The notes beneath the pieces were generated by a model, which was given only the letters and a program-made list of their open reading frames with translations, made no database searches and was not told the origin of the DNA. From assembly GCF_006345805.1 (NCBI RefSeq), contig NC_043015.1:36270001-36334000 (forward strand): a DNA stretch of 64,000 bases. Direction: 5' to 3'. Shown here one piece after another: positions 26,241 through 41,339 of this stretch. Position numbers and translations under genes: made by a program. The stretch is from Octopus sinensis (lineage: Eukaryota). The stretch's first letter is position 1. Each line of letters opens with the position of its first letter.

Positions 26241-26480
26241 CTTTCATTTAGAATACACATTTATCATATTTATAATGGAGGGATTGACATTGGTTTCTGT
26301 GCTTCTTTTTACCATGTTTTGAACGAATCGATCTCAGCACTTATTTCTTTTGAGCCTGGTAACTATTACGTCCGGTTTCTTTCTGTTGCAGAACTGCTAG
26401 GCTATGTGGACGTGAACATACCAACACTGACTGTTAAGCAGTGGTGGAGAACACACACAGAAACATACATACGTAATATA

Positions 26481-26536
<56 letters not shown>

Positions 26537-26545
26537 GATATATAT

Positions 26546-26935
26546 AACTTTGGCATCGAGAGTTACACAAATACTAGAACTAGGCGCCACTGCATAGTGC
26601 TAAGGACTCCAAATTTGCCATCAAAATGTAGACAAGATACTGCAATAGCCTGGGCTTCAGGGGTCCACAGCTCTTCAATATCCTCCCGAAGAACCTGAGA
26701 GACCTGCATGGGGTGGAAGTAAGTGTCTTTAAAATGAAACTCGACTTCTTATTGTCAAGTGTCACAGATGAACCAACTTCGCGGGAGGAGGTGCAGATGG
26801 GGGCAGCTGCATCAAACTCTCTCATGCACCAAATGGCAATTGCTAAAAAGCAATCATGAAGTAAAATTATGTAGCTATACCAAATGGCAGTGCCCCAGCA
26901 AGGCCACAGCTCGTGAGCTAAAACTGGATAAAATA
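26546..26935 (+). mobile_element. CR1-clade LINE 3' fragment
   Basis: NFGIESYTNTRTRRHCIV..., frameshift, then NSLGFRGPQLFNILPKNLRDLHGVEVSVFKMKLDFLLSSVTDEP...AAASNSL...*. This is the typical post-RT C-terminus of CR1-like ORF2. Short UTR; microsatellites on both sides. Confidence 0.8.
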
Positions 26936-26976
26936 TAAAAATATAATATAAATATAAATACACACACACACACATA

Positions 26977-27017
<41 letters not shown>

Positions 27018-27062
27018 CGTATATATACGTATATATATATGTATATATATATAGTATATACA

Positions 27063-27174
<112 letters not shown>

Positions 27175-27182
27175 TGATGAAC

Positions 27183-27335
27183 ACCTATCAAATTTCCTCT
27201 ACGAAATCCATTCACAAGATTTTGGTCGGCCTGACAATATATTAGAAGACATTTTCCACGCAGTGGGACCGAAACCGTAACCATGTGCTTGGGAGGCAAT
27301 TTTCGTACAACACATCCTCTCCTATGTACGTATAT
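27183..27335 (-). mobile_element. SINE family A, 5' part, diverged
   Basis: Reverse complement aligns to the head of the 59661 copy (catggttacggtttcggtcccactgcgtgg...gccgaccaaaatcttgtgaatggatt). Confidence 0.75.
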
Positions 27336-27923
27336 TGCCGTTTGTTTGTGTGTGTGTGTGTTTGTGTATGTGTGTGTGTGTGTGTGTGTGTGTCTGTGTG
27401 TCTGTGTGTCTGTGTGTCCGTCCCCGCAAGTAAGTCATGAAATAAACCAATTAAATATTGTTAGCGCGAAATAGAATGAAGTTCATTAATGCGAAACCAC
27501 TCCTGATAAAGAAATGATGTTATAACTTAACCAAATTTAGAAAAGGTAATATACTACGAAGGAACTTGTATATCATGTTTGTATTTCCTGGAAATAACAG
27601 CCATTTCTCCCTTTAATCACACCTTAGAAACACTGGAGCAGGAAATACAAACACAGGCTGGAGCTGAATGCACTCGTCTTCGTAAACATCTGTGATGAAA
27701 TTAGCACTGCAATGTTTTAGTAAGTGCTTCCGAATTCAGAGTTGACCAGTAGTTAACTGACAATATGAAAAGAAACAACAACAACAACAACAACAACAAC
27801 AGCAATAACAGTAATCATAATAACGAAACGAAATGAAGATGTGCCAAAAATGAGAAGTCAAATAAGCAGAAAACAAAAAAATATATGATAATTTTTCCAT
27901 TTGATAACATTTCTCTCTCTCTC

Positions 27924-28021
<98 letters not shown>

Positions 28022-28926
28022 CATACATATATATAAAAACGTATATATATATATTTGTATATATATACATATATATACATATGCATATGTATATATATAT
28101 ATATATATATTCATATATATAATATCTATATATATATATATGCATATATATATATATATATATATATCATATATATATATATAGATACTTATATATTTAT
28201 ATGCGTGTGTGTATATATATATATATGTAAGTATACAAACTCGCAGATGCACACACAGACACACATATGCACACCCACGCAGATGCACACGGACACAGGC
28301 ACACATACACTTAGTAGCTCTGAAGCAGTGCTATGTTTCACAGGAATATTAGAAAGAGGACAATCGTTATTTAAAATATAACTGATACTATAAAATAGAA
28401 GATAAATTGCTCATTAAGAATGAACAATTTTTACTGCGCCAAGTGAAGAATGGAAATTGTTTAGCTAACTGCTTTTCCAACATCAAACGTGAAACTCCGC
28501 ACCAAAAGAAAAAAAAAACAATAATAACTTCGAAAAGGGTTGATGCGAATGTTGCTAATAGTATGTGATCAATGACTTCTCTTCCCTGTTAACGTGAAGC
28601 GATGGTAGGAATTATAACATCGACGTATTCGAGGGTGTGAGGGCGAAGACGAAAAAACAAAACACGGAAAAACATGGGAAATATTTGTTCACCACCGCCG
28701 TCGCTATTCGCTGGAATATAAAATGTGATATAACTGAAGGGGATGAAATGGTAAATACACATTAGCCCGATAAAACGATTTTGTGTTTATAATGCATTTC
28801 GGAAAAAATATAATAGTATTTTTTCTTTCCCCTCTTCATCATCATTATTTTTCAAGTTCCGAAGGCTTTGAAGAATTTTAAACACTCTTTATTGTTTATG
28901 GATGTTTGAGATAGAAGATGAAAACA

Positions 28927-29013
<87 letters not shown>

Positions 29014-29028
29014 ATAATATATATATCT

Positions 29029-29075
<47 letters not shown>

Positions 29076-29113
29076 ATGTATATATATATACACACACACA
29101 TTATATGTAAATA

Positions 29114-29144
<31 letters not shown>

Positions 29145-32069
29145 GTATGTATGTATATATATATATATAATATATATATATATATATGCATATATATATA
29201 TATACATATATATGTATATATATGTGTGTATGTATGTATATAAACAAAGTATATTCTACTTGATAACAATCAGTGCACGGGTGGTTGTTAGCACTCTACA
29301 GCAGCGGAAGCAAAGATGTAAATCTCGCAGAAAATGAATTCCTCGGAAGGACTTTCTCAATCGCCATGAAGAAGGCTTCATGCTGTTTCCTCTCTTTCAA
29401 TATACTGTTCGATTTCCTCTCCTCCAATTTACTGTTCGATTTCGTCGACCTGGCAGTTGGCTCTCCTCCAAAATGCATCCTGGAGTCTGAGTAAGTGGAA
29501 CACATATTCATAAATACGTTTCTTTATTAAGGATATCCAAAAAGTATATATCCGTTTTGTCACCGATGGAATACTTTTAATCATAAATCCTTACTATGGG
29601 GACTAATGCCTCATGCTATGTAGTAACAACAACAACCACAACAAAAGCAAACAACGGGACCCTACTTACAGATTCGACCATTGTATTTTTCACCTATTTG
29701 TTGGAAACGAAAGAGCAGTATCCGTGGTGCTTGCAGTTCCTCCAACATGGGTGAGATTGATGATGTTAATGGTCCATTTTCAGATCATCAGCTGTAGGAA
29801 AGAGAGACGTGGGTAAGAATAAAAGGGGTAAATCTTAGTGAGGTGGGTTAAACGGCTTCCTGTGTGATTCCCGAGAGAATCATGGGGGTAGATAGGGCAA
29901 AGATTACTAAATAAGAAGGGTAAGACATGAAACGTTGAAGAATGCTTGAGTGCTGGTGAGAGATACACAGCGATCTGCAAGGAGCCGAGAGCATTATAGT
30001 AGCAGTAGAATTGGTAATGAGAAGAGGCACAGTAACCTCTGGGTTAGAGTTTGGTGTTTATCAGTGCGAGTATGAGACATTCAGTTGGGTATCAAAGACA
30101 GTGACCTCAAAAGCTCGCTGTCTTGGATATGAAGATTCTGTCATAATATGGTGTCCTTAGAAAGACGACTCATTGAAATAAATGTTTGCATCTTTAACTA
30201 AAATGCAGAATTTGGTGTCTGTTGAAATGCTATTCCAAATATTTAGTACAGACTATTAGTAACATTTTTTTAGCAAAACCAAGATTCCTAGGAAACCTAG
30301 GATGCAATAAATTATCTTCTATGTTGAATGTATTTCACTTGATTTATGCTCCTATCACTTCACCGAAGCGCAGGCTTGAACTAAATCTTTTGTTACAAAG
30401 TTTATGAAATATTTATCTTCATTACTCGGATCCTGTCTATAAAATTAGTTATCAAACAGCGATTGATGTGTGGTGGACGCCATGGAATACTATAAACCGC
30501 AGATAAAATTATTTGTTTGGAAATTCTTCTCAGTTGTAGTCTTGTGTATAACTTTAAAAGATACCAGAGAAATTACAGCAATTTATGGGATGGGAAGTAT
30601 ATTTTAGCAAAACAAAAAAAAGTATCATGTTTATATGTATCATAGTGAGATAGTCTTGCCTTGGGGTGTGAACCCATGATGCAATCACAGGGAAACCGTT
30701 GTGACAAGCGGCATCGGAGCCCTTTTATATACTGCTTTGGAGAACCTAGCTCCTCTATATGTTTATATGTTTCACCAGAAACGATTAATTCAGAAGAGAA
30801 TGACTGAGAGAAAGGAAGAAATAAAAGCACTATAGAATTGGTAATTTATTTAGAGATGCTAAATGAATAAAAACGAAAGATTATCTGGTCGTTATCTCAA
30901 CCCACAGCGTCGACAGACGGTGAGATTTCATGAAAGCCATCTAGTTAGCATTCTAAAAGTTTTGTTAAATAGTCATTTTATAGTATGTTATGCTCTACAG
31001 AACGAATAAACGCCTTTACTTCACATGATACCCACGTGATGTGAATTATTAGAATTGCGCAACAATTTCAACCAAAGTCTAAAATTTTGTCGCCGAAGGA
31101 TAAGTTACACTGAATAATAACTCTAAGATTAGGTGAAAACGAAGTCTGAGACATGGTTTCACATCAAATTCAGTTCGATTAAAGTCTGATTTACTTTAGG
31201 TCTCATATTATGCAGAGTATTTAGAATATATCATGTTCTGTAGAGCGAAGAAACCCGGGAATTCGACGTTTGTTTTGGAGTTGTAAGAAGAGAATTGAAT
31301 TCAACAAACCAAAGAAAAGAGGAAAAAAAAACATGGTTGTTTATTCAATTGGTCTGTAGCTGAATATTCCCAGGAATTAAGTAGGAACAGAGAGTATAAT
31401 AAATAAAGCAGAAATAGACATTAAGTACATCGCGTGCTTTTTACGTAATCGGATTTAAGGCAACATGGCGTCGGGTTAGTTATGTTCGGGAATATAGAGG
31501 AATAATATTAGATCAGTGTATTAAGATGGCTAGAAATAGGAACCAACCGTTGTATGGACGTAATTTATTGCGGTATTTATGACACTCTGTGTGTTTTATC
31601 TCAGTGTTATGTGATCGAATCCTATCATGGTTGACACTAACACTGTTCCCATGAAGCTGTTATACGTAACACCTCAGTGGTTGCTCAATAAAAAGTGACA
31701 ATTTTTGCTAATGTTCGACATCAATGCATTTTATGTCCCTGTTCGATCTCAGTACTTAAATATCACATTTAAAAGGCGCATAAATTTTAACGACCAAAGT
31801 TATTACACCCTCTAAATAATGGTTTCTAATTCAGACACAGGCTCAAAGGGCTGGTTGGTAAAAAGGTTTTACTAATTCTGTTACCAAACTGGAACTTTAT
31901 TGTCATGAACCCCGAAAGAATGGAAGGTAAAATTAATTTAGACATGAATTTAAAAAGACCCACAACAAATGTTACAAGGTATAATCTCCAGCGCTCAAAC
32001 GATACTGCCTGCACGCTCCATTGTACTGCTGCTGCTGCTACTACAACTACTACTACAGCTACTACTGCA

Positions 32070-32149
<80 letters not shown>

Positions 32150-32212
32150 GCTGTTGCTCGTATTTCAGCTACATAAGACGTGTAGTTATATTGGTAGTAA
32201 TAATAATCATAG

Positions 32213-32422
32213 TTTCAAATTTTGACGCAGTGCCACCAATTTCGGGGGAGGATGTGAGTCGATTACACCAACCCAAGTGCATAACTGGTACTCATTTTAT
32301 TGATTCCGAAACGGATGCAGAGCAAGGTCGGCATCGAGATATTTGAACTCACAATGTGTACACGAATGATATGACACTCAGCAAGTTGCTCGAGTGTTAA
32401 CGATTCTGCCAGTTGGTTGCCT
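32213..32422 (-). mobile_element. SINE family B, diverged, near full length
   Basis: Reverse complement begins aggcaaccaactggcagaatcgttaacac and contains gtgagttcaaatatctcgatgccgacctt and aataaaatgagtaccagtt. Confidence 0.72.
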
Positions 32423-32455
32423 TAAATATAATAATAATAAATAATATAATAATAC

Positions 32456-32486
<31 letters not shown>

Positions 32487-32544
32487 TAATAGTAATAATA
32501 TAATAATAATAATAATAATATAATAATAATATAATAATATAATA

Positions 32545-32576
<32 letters not shown>

Positions 32577-32604
32577 TAATGATAATAATAAAAATAATAA
32601 TAAC

Positions 32605-32656
<52 letters not shown>

Positions 32657-32680
32657 TTAATAATAATAATAATAATAATA

Positions 32681-32957
32681 ACCGAAAATTATATGAGAAT
32701 GATCCCTGGCTTACCATCCCTGCAAGAAGTGCAAAAGATTGTCTTAACTGGTACATCACACGTATTGAGAAGAGCATTGTCGATGTGAGAACTGTTACTG
32801 CTCATGTATTTTAATTTAACTTTAAAAAAAAAAAAAAATGAACGAACTATTGAGTTTGGTTTAATGGCCTACCAATGTATACTATGAGTTTCTTTGCCCT
32901 AGGAGTCGGGAAGACACTCGGCAAGAAATGGAAGCAAATTTGAAAGAAGAAAAAAAA
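32681..32957 (+). mobile_element. RLE-type LINE, very short 3' fragment with UTR
   Basis: Follows a long (TAA)n tract. Reads TENYMRMIPGLPSLQEVQKIVLTGTSHVLRRALSM*, homologous to QKIALLGTAHILRRTLSIQ* at 17000-17061. The UTR is followed by (TAA)n again. Confidence 0.82.
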
Positions 32958-32966
32958 GTAATAATG

Positions 32967-33036
<70 letters not shown>

Positions 33037-33604
33037 TAATAATAATAATAATAATAATATGAACAACATCGACAACAACATGTGTAGTTTACATGGATTG
33101 AAAGTGTTTCCAAAGATATTCTCATCAATTAGTCAGCATGTTTAATTCACGCATAAAAGCTAAAAAAGAAGGAGAAATGGCAGCTGTAGCGGTAACAGCA
33201 GCAGAAACAGCAGCGGTAGCAGCATCAGCAGCAGCGGCTGCATGTGAAGTAGCTGCATGGAAACGATGTGAGAATTACAGCAATAACAATCAAAAATAAC
33301 AAAGCAAATATCAGTACGTCACAGAGACTAACCAACATTAGCAAATTCAATTTTTAGCAAGGATATGGAAAATCAATGGCTCGCTTTTCTTCCCAATGTT
33401 TGCAGATTTTTCCATATAAGGCTTCGAATGCATGATTTGTATTGGAAGGTCTGTAACAAATTGGAGAATGGTGACAAATGTGAGGGCAAACAAAAGAACC
33501 TGATCAATATTACTAAATCTATTGAGGAGAAATTGAGTGCGAAGATGATATAAATATGTGATGTGCACACACACACACAAACACACACACACACACACAC
33601 CACG

Positions 33605-33635
<31 letters not shown>

Positions 33636-33895
33636 GCACACACACACACACACATACAAAACACAAACACGCAAAATTATTTGTGCAGATACATATGCAT
33701 GTATGCATACTGCAGCTACTATGCATAAATATGTACATATATACATCATACATATACATATATTCATTATACATACATATATATATATGTATGTATGTAT
33801 ATATATATATATATATACATATATATGCTTATATATATAACATATATGTGTGTGCATGTGTATGTGTTAAAACGCACACACAACACATACATATG

Positions 33896-33927
<32 letters not shown>

Positions 33928-33928
33928 C

Positions 33929-33959
<31 letters not shown>

Positions 33960-34397
33960 GGTGTATATTCATATATTCATGCATGTAAGCATATATTTCA
34001 TTAACATGCACACAAGCACATTGAAAACAATACACATATACATCATTAATATTATGCATATGTGTCTATACATACCTATATACATATATGTATGTATGTG
34101 TATATATATCTATATACGTACAGACTGACAAAAAGAGTGGCAGGGAGAGAGAGGGAAAGAGAAAGAGAGATAATTCTCTCCCCCATTCTTATATACCACG
34201 TGCAAATACACAATTGCACGTACACAGAGACGCACTGGGTAATCTTCGTGAAATTTCTCTACATTCGTGCGGAAACTTAAATAAGCTTGTTCATTAGTTA
34301 TTAGTTTGTGCGGCAACGATTTTTCACAGAGACTCTGTGACCGTCTGTTATATACATACGTACATACATATATATATATGTATATGTTTATATAATG

Positions 34398-34452
<55 letters not shown>

Positions 34453-34518
34453 CACATATATAAACATACACACATATATATATATATACACATATATATA
34501 TATATGTATATGTTTATA

Positions 34519-34567
<49 letters not shown>

Positions 34568-34726
34568 TATATATATATGTATGTATATGCGTGTATATAT
34601 TATATATAATAGGGAAGAGAGAGATAGAGAATGATATGGATATATAGTATGCAAATATATATTCATATACACGTACATAATATATACATACATACACATA
34701 TATATATATGTGTGTGTGAGTGTGTT

Positions 34727-34781
<55 letters not shown>

Positions 34782-35621
34782 GTGTGTATTTATATGTATA
34801 AATGCCCGCAGAAACGTGTATGCACCCGTGCATTTGTATTTGTAACAAAACAGTAAAAGCGATGCCTCTTTTCGTAGAATATGTCTCCTTTAGGAAATGT
34901 GTGTTTTTGTTTGTCCATGTGTGCGTATATTGGTGTACGTGTGTGTGTGTGTGTGTCAGTGTGCGTGTGTGTATGTGTGTATATAAGTGTGTGGGCTGTA
35001 CAAACAGATGCCAGTGGAAAACAAATATCAAAGCAATGTAGGATCGGGGTTAGGTTTGGTTGTGTGAGTTGCCTATAGATGTGGATGGATACGAAATTAA
35101 ATCAAGGCTGTTCGGTTTTTGACTGTGATATGGTGTGTGTATGTGTGTGTATGTGTGTGTGTGTGTGCCAGAGTGTGGGTGCGTGGGTGCATTGCGTTCA
35201 CAGTGTAGTGCAGTGTGCGCATGATAGTGGAGAACATTTAAAGGCGAACAGGGCCATTATAATTGGATAAAAAAACCGCCTAAATAAAAATACTGATATA
35301 TTGGAAATGTTGTACACATACGCGAACACGTACACAGACATTTTATACAATCTGAAACGCATATATTATATACAATGAAACACAAACCGACGCCCATTCT
35401 ATATACTCGCATACAGACTGCAGAGCAGGGAAGCAGATTCAGAAAGAATGTCTTCCAACCATACTGGGAAATATGTCATATCCATAGCTACAGCTTATTT
35501 CAGTGCAAAACATTTACTAGATTGGTCTTTGTGGGAGAGAACGTGGAATTATTATCCATTTCCCCCTCCCCAGCACTCTCATCAACCCCTCTCTACCTTG
35601 ATGCACATGTATGTAGATATG

Positions 35622-35695
<74 letters not shown>

Positions 35696-35823
35696 GCGTG
35701 TGTGTATGTAATGTATATATGCATATGTCTATGCGTATGTGGGCATATGATGTTTATAAGTATATGTACATGTATGTATATATATATATATATATCATAT
35801 ATATGTTATATATTATAATATAT

Positions 35824-35866
<43 letters not shown>

Positions 35867-36158
35867 TTAATATGTTTATACCTGCATATATAATTATGCT
35901 TATATGGTGTGTGAGAGAGAGAGAGAGTATATACATACCTACACTCCTACATACACATATGCGTATTTCCCTCACAAATATACACATATACGAATTCGCA
36001 TTCTCATATTCAGATGCACACATGGACGTGAGTCTATTTATATTATATTTCCATGCACACACACTCATATATTCATACATACACACATACATTCATACAT
36101 ACATACATACGTACATACATACATACATGCATACATACATACATACATACACACACAT

Positions 36159-36189
<31 letters not shown>

Positions 36190-36986
36190 CATATATATAT
36201 ATATTGACAAAAAACACGCAGACAAAATCAGGCGCAAACACACACAGGCACACACACAGACTCACACACACAGACACACACACGTATTACGAATAGATTT
36301 TACTTGTAAAAATATTGCATTAGCTTGTAGACAAATGAGTTTTTAAAAAAGTATATCTTCTATTAGTAAAACAACCAGTACATAGCTAATAACAGGCACT
36401 TTTGTTTGTTATTGTACCATTATTCTAGTGGACCATTATGGGTTCCTAAGGATGGAAGCACTTTAAGGCGCCATGGAGGTTAACGTATGAATGGTGATGC
36501 GCATATGTTACATGTCATACGTACGAAATATCGATACAGTCTTGTATCTCACCCAAATTTCAGAATACACAGTGAAGGGTTTCAAAGCAGAAAAATGCCA
36601 TGTGGAGGGCGTAAATAAAACTACTGCATTGAAAGGCACAAAGTTCCTCTAGCGGTTACAGACCATGAGGAATTGTCTTCTATAAAGAATGTATATATAT
36701 AGTACAGAAATATAAACACACGCACACATATATGTATATATATATATATAAATACTTACCTATATATGTGAATATGACTGCGTATATATATGCATGTATA
36801 TATATAGTTATATGCATATAACACTTAGAAGGAATAGCTTTTTCCAAATAAAAAAGTGTATAGGGCATTTTGACCGTTGGAACTGATATCATCAGACGGC
36901 ATCCAACGTTCACCGGGTGTTTCCACCCTGTACTGTAACAGCCTTCAACAGAGGTAGCCAAGTCATTGCTTCTCATCTCCTGCTGG

Positions 36987-37019
<33 letters not shown>

Positions 37020-37022
<3 letters not shown>

Positions 37023-37225
37023 GTGAAATAGAAAGATGAATAATCTTGTAGTAGATTAATCAAAAGTTTAACCGATACCTTAGTAGCAAAAATCACAGCA
37101 GTAAACAGCACGGTTGGAGGTACAACCATCTGGCGTTGCAACCGTGCGTTGGTGCGGATAATTGAAATTAAAACATTATTGGTGAATTGAAGAAATGGAG
37201 CTGAACGCAGATTGAACAGAAATCG
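37020..37225. repeat. Dispersed repeat, copy 2 (see 25350-25560)
   Basis: Same orientation as copy 1. Its right end is folded back into the palindrome at 37172-37277. Confidence 0.85.
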
Positions 37226-37276
37226 TTTTCTGTTCAATCTGCGTTCAGCTCCATTTCTTCAATTCACCAATAATGT

Positions 37277-37277
<1 letters not shown>
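37172..37277. repeat. Perfect palindrome, 51 bp arms, 4 nt loop
   Basis: aacattattggtgaattgaagaaatggagctgaacgcagattgaacagaaa-tcgt-exact reverse complement. Confidence 0.97.
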
Positions 37278-37307
<30 letters not shown>

Positions 37308-37374
37308 GTATATATATATAATATATGTATACACACACACACACACATATATATATATACATATATATATATAC

Positions 37375-37458
<84 letters not shown>

Positions 37459-37714
37459 ATAAAAATTAACAGAATGAGATAAAATTCCAAGGCTGTGAAA
37501 GATTTCAGGACATTTATAAATAGGTCTTACAGATGTTTCCAGGATATTTTATACATCCCGTCATCAGAGACGGTGTGAGAAAATGGTTTAGCAATAGTTA
37601 TTCTAGATAAGATATGAAATAGAGAGTGAAGTGGAGGAAAATAGACGTGAGATATGCAGGGATATTGTATCTTCCCTCCATTGTTTTGGCAGAATTGTAT
37701 ACTCTTATATTTCA

Positions 37715-37925
37715 TTTACTCTTTTGCTTGTTTCAGTCATTTGACTGCGGCCATGCTGGAGCACCACCTTTAGTCGAGGAAATCGATCCCAGGACTTATT
37801 CTTTGTAAGCCTAGTACATACTTTATCGGGCTTTTTGTCGAACCGCTTAGTTACGGTGACGCAAACACACCAGCATCGGTTTTCAAGCGATGTTGTGGGG
37901 ACAAACACACACACAAACACACACC

Positions 37926-37969
<44 letters not shown>

Positions 37970-38123
37970 CGACAGGCTTCTTTCAGTTTCCGTCTACCAA
38001 ATCCACTCACAAGGTCTGCCCGAGTCTATAGTAGAAGACACTATCCCAAGATGCCAGGCAGTGGCACCGAACCCGGAACCATGAGGTTGGTAATCAAGCT
38101 ACTTACCATATGGCCACTCCTGC
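37715..38123 (-). mobile_element. SINE family A, full length
   Basis: Reverse complement has head gcaggagtggccatatggtaagtagc...ggttccgggttcggtgccactg, an internal (TA)/(TG) tract and tail ggtgctccagcatggccgcagtcaaatgactgaaacaagc. Colinear with 59661-60075. Confidence 0.9.
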
Positions 38124-38533
38124 ATCTATACATATAAGATTCCTATACCTTGTGATTAAGTTGCATTAGTATTTAACATTCGTCATTCCAAGCATAGAGT
38201 TTGTGAACGGAGTTACTGAATCGAGGTTTTTTTTTTCTTTTGAAGTGACTTAAAAGTTGGGAATGCGATTGTCAGGTCACATCAAAAACAGAAAGAGTAG
38301 AAAAAAGAAAGGGAAAAAGATAAAAAAAAATAAGACGGGGGGGGGGATAATAAAGAGAGGGAAAATGTAGTGGTTAGTGGTCAGTCAAGATAGAAGGAAT
38401 CGATAGAAGGAATGGGGTGGTGAGGGTGAGAGGGAGAGAAAGATATGCGAGTGTAAAAAGATGAGATGGTAAATAGTAAAGGAGTGTCAGGTATGTAGTG
38501 ATAGAGCCTAAGTGAGGAGCAGAGAGAGAAAAG

Positions 38534-38582
<49 letters not shown>

Positions 38583-39949
38583 CTGTGTGTGTGTGCGTGT
38601 GTGCGTGTATATTTATGTATATATATATACATACATATATCCATACATATAAAATGTATTCACACACATGCGCCGGGCTTCCTCACAGTCACTGTGTACG
38701 AAAGTTACTGAATAAAGCAGTCCCCCACCTGGCGCTATCGTTGAAAATAATCGGCCGAACTACCTCGCTCAGGCATGGCGCCTGAAACCGAGTATTGGCG
38801 AGGTGAGTCAGAAATCGGTCATAGCCATCAATGTTTTCTTTTACTGAATATGGGAGCCAACAAATTTTTAGAGAAGGGTAGATCGTTTTGAGCCAAAATT
38901 CTGGCTAAATCACTCAAAGAAGTGATAGGTAGATCTCAATGTTTTGCAATGATGCCACCAAAATTCAATTCTATATCAGAAATTCTTTTAAAAAAATAAA
39001 CTTGCAGAAAATCTAACAATAATAAAGATTTTACAAATGTTTAAGAGAAAATTGAAAAATATATTAATGAAAGATAAATATGTGTTACGTCACCAGAGAA
39101 AAACAAAAATCAGAAAATGTGCAAACATAACGAAAAAAATTAAAACGAATTTAGTAAAGCGAAAAATTATGGCGGAATTGGTGAAAATTACTTTTCAGTC
39201 ATTAAAATTTTCAGCATATTTTCTGTTGCAATAAATATGAAAATGTATTCATCTATATAAATTTCTAGATTGATTCACCAAAATCATCATCATCATTACC
39301 ATCATCAGCATCAGCATCAGCATCATCAGCGTCGTCATCATCACCATCAACATAACTGTCTTCATCCAATCATCAACATCATCAACACAGTTATCGTCAT
39401 TATCATTCATCATCGGCACTACCCTTATCATCATCATCATCATCATCATCATCAAATTCTCCATCACCGTCATTAGCTCTTATAATTAAAAATATCTTTA
39501 GAACTTCTCTTCAACAGAAACATCGCACCCGTAAACAGTTGAACACCAACATACCTGTGGCTGGAAGTTGTTCTTTAAGAGACCGTTCGTCTTTAAAGCC
39601 AAATCTTGTATTTCCAAGAAGATTAACGACATTGTTAATAATACCTGACCATTTTATAATGTCCTATTTTTTCTGATAACATGGTATATTTTGCATTTAT
39701 CGAAAACGTCCTGATCCCAGCTCAAAACGTATCGAGATATTGTGTTATTCATCTGTTTTCAGTTGCTGGTAAGGATATATGTTGGGAAAGCCTCAATGTT
39801 ATCTCTTTAATACCTTATCAATGAAACTGAATATAAATCTTCTTAATACTCTCACCAGAATTTACTATTCAGAATAAAACACTAATGCCTGTCATAGAAC
39901 ATAATATTACGCTGCTGAATTTACCATTTTCTGACTCTGGGATTTCAAA

Positions 39950-40235
39950 CGACCATTGCTGCAAAAGACCACGTTCTCGCTACCAATTCCGTGAAGTATA
40001 AAATCTTTAAAACTTCTGACATCAAGAAATGCAGACTCTGTGGAAAGATTGTGGAAAATGTGACCCACTTGGTAAGTGGATGTGAGAGCTTTGCACAAAA
40101 AGAATACAAATGCCACCACGATAAAGCTTGTGCGTCTTCATTGGCTCTTATGTCATAAATACCAATATGAAGTAACTGAGAGCTGGTATGAGTATGTACC
40201 AATTAAAGTTATACAGGAGGATGGAAAAGCACTAA
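39950..40235 (+). mobile_element. RLE-type LINE internal fragment (CCHC knuckle region)
   Basis: IAAKDHVLATN...KKCRLCGKIVENVTHLVSGCESFAQKEYKCHHDKA, frameshift, then RLHWLLCHKYQYEVTESWYEYVPIKVIQEDGK. The C-x2-C...H...C motif is intact. Confidence 0.85.
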
Positions 40236-41339
40236 TGATGATGACGACGACCACAGATGCAAATGTAAGAATTGAGCCTTCTCAGTACGTGAGATTAAAA
40301 CATGCAATATCTGTAAACTACGGCCTCAACCTTACTTCTACAGCCAATGGAATTTTTGGTAACATCGTTCAAATTCTTTTTCAAATATTTATTAACGGAG
40401 TTGTTCTTTCAGAGTTCAAATTCCATCGATCAGTTCTTTTGTTGTTTTTTTTATCCGGAGCTGATAAAACAGTCTACCAGCCACATACTGGGGTCGATTT
40501 AATCGATCACCTTTCCTCTTTTAAATGTGCTGCTTTGTGCTTGCGTTAAAAATCAATAAATATTTTGCTATACTGATTCGTTCGACAGAAATGCAGTTTT
40601 TCAGACAAAATCTGAGAGATTTATCAAAGGAAATCGATATTTTACAGTAAGATTGGTTGATGTACAACATCAATACACAGAACAGTGTAATATATATGTA
40701 TTTCAATACATATATATTATTTCGTCCCTTGATGACAAACGTTTCTGGAAAAATCATCTCCATAATTTCATGAATCTAACGTTGGAAAAGAAAGAAAGAA
40801 AGAAAGAAGCAAACTCGAACTTACAAGGATTATATCGAGCGTATGAAAAAGCGAACAAAGTGGAATGGTGGAATCTCTGGTGCGTTGATCAAAATGCCTG
40901 ATGGTGCATATGTAAGGATCTTCAACTTCTGAATTCAAATCAAACCATGAACAATTTTGTCCTTCATACTTCCGGTAATATACATATCAACCCCAATTTC
41001 TCATCCCATATCCACACTTTTAATCTCTTTTCTTCTTTTATTCTCTCCCGATATGTTCCTAAAAGGTGCGAAGGACGTAGATACTAACAACACACCTTCG
41101 ATGCAAATCTGAGTCTTTCTGATGTCTAAAACCACAGATATTACGTCATTTTCATTTAGAACTTTTGCATAAACTGGCGTTGCAAATAGAAATGGTACAC
41201 AAACAATCGCAATTTGTAATTAAAGATCTGTTAAACAATTTTCTTTGTCATCTTCTTTTCTGTTATATATATATCACCGTGATCACCGTGACCGACCAGG
41301 CATTCAGATGTTGCTACACATCGCTTGTCACAATGCATT

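Noticed and set aside
27576-27653. 15 bp inverted repeat (tgtttgtatttcctg / caggaaatacaaaca) as a pre-miRNA
   Set aside because: The 48 nt between the arms does not pair, so there is no extended hairpin.
29273-29511. Antiparallel 71-73 aa ORFs with splice-like sites
   Set aside because: No recognisable motif, and splice signals on both strands are equally plausible.
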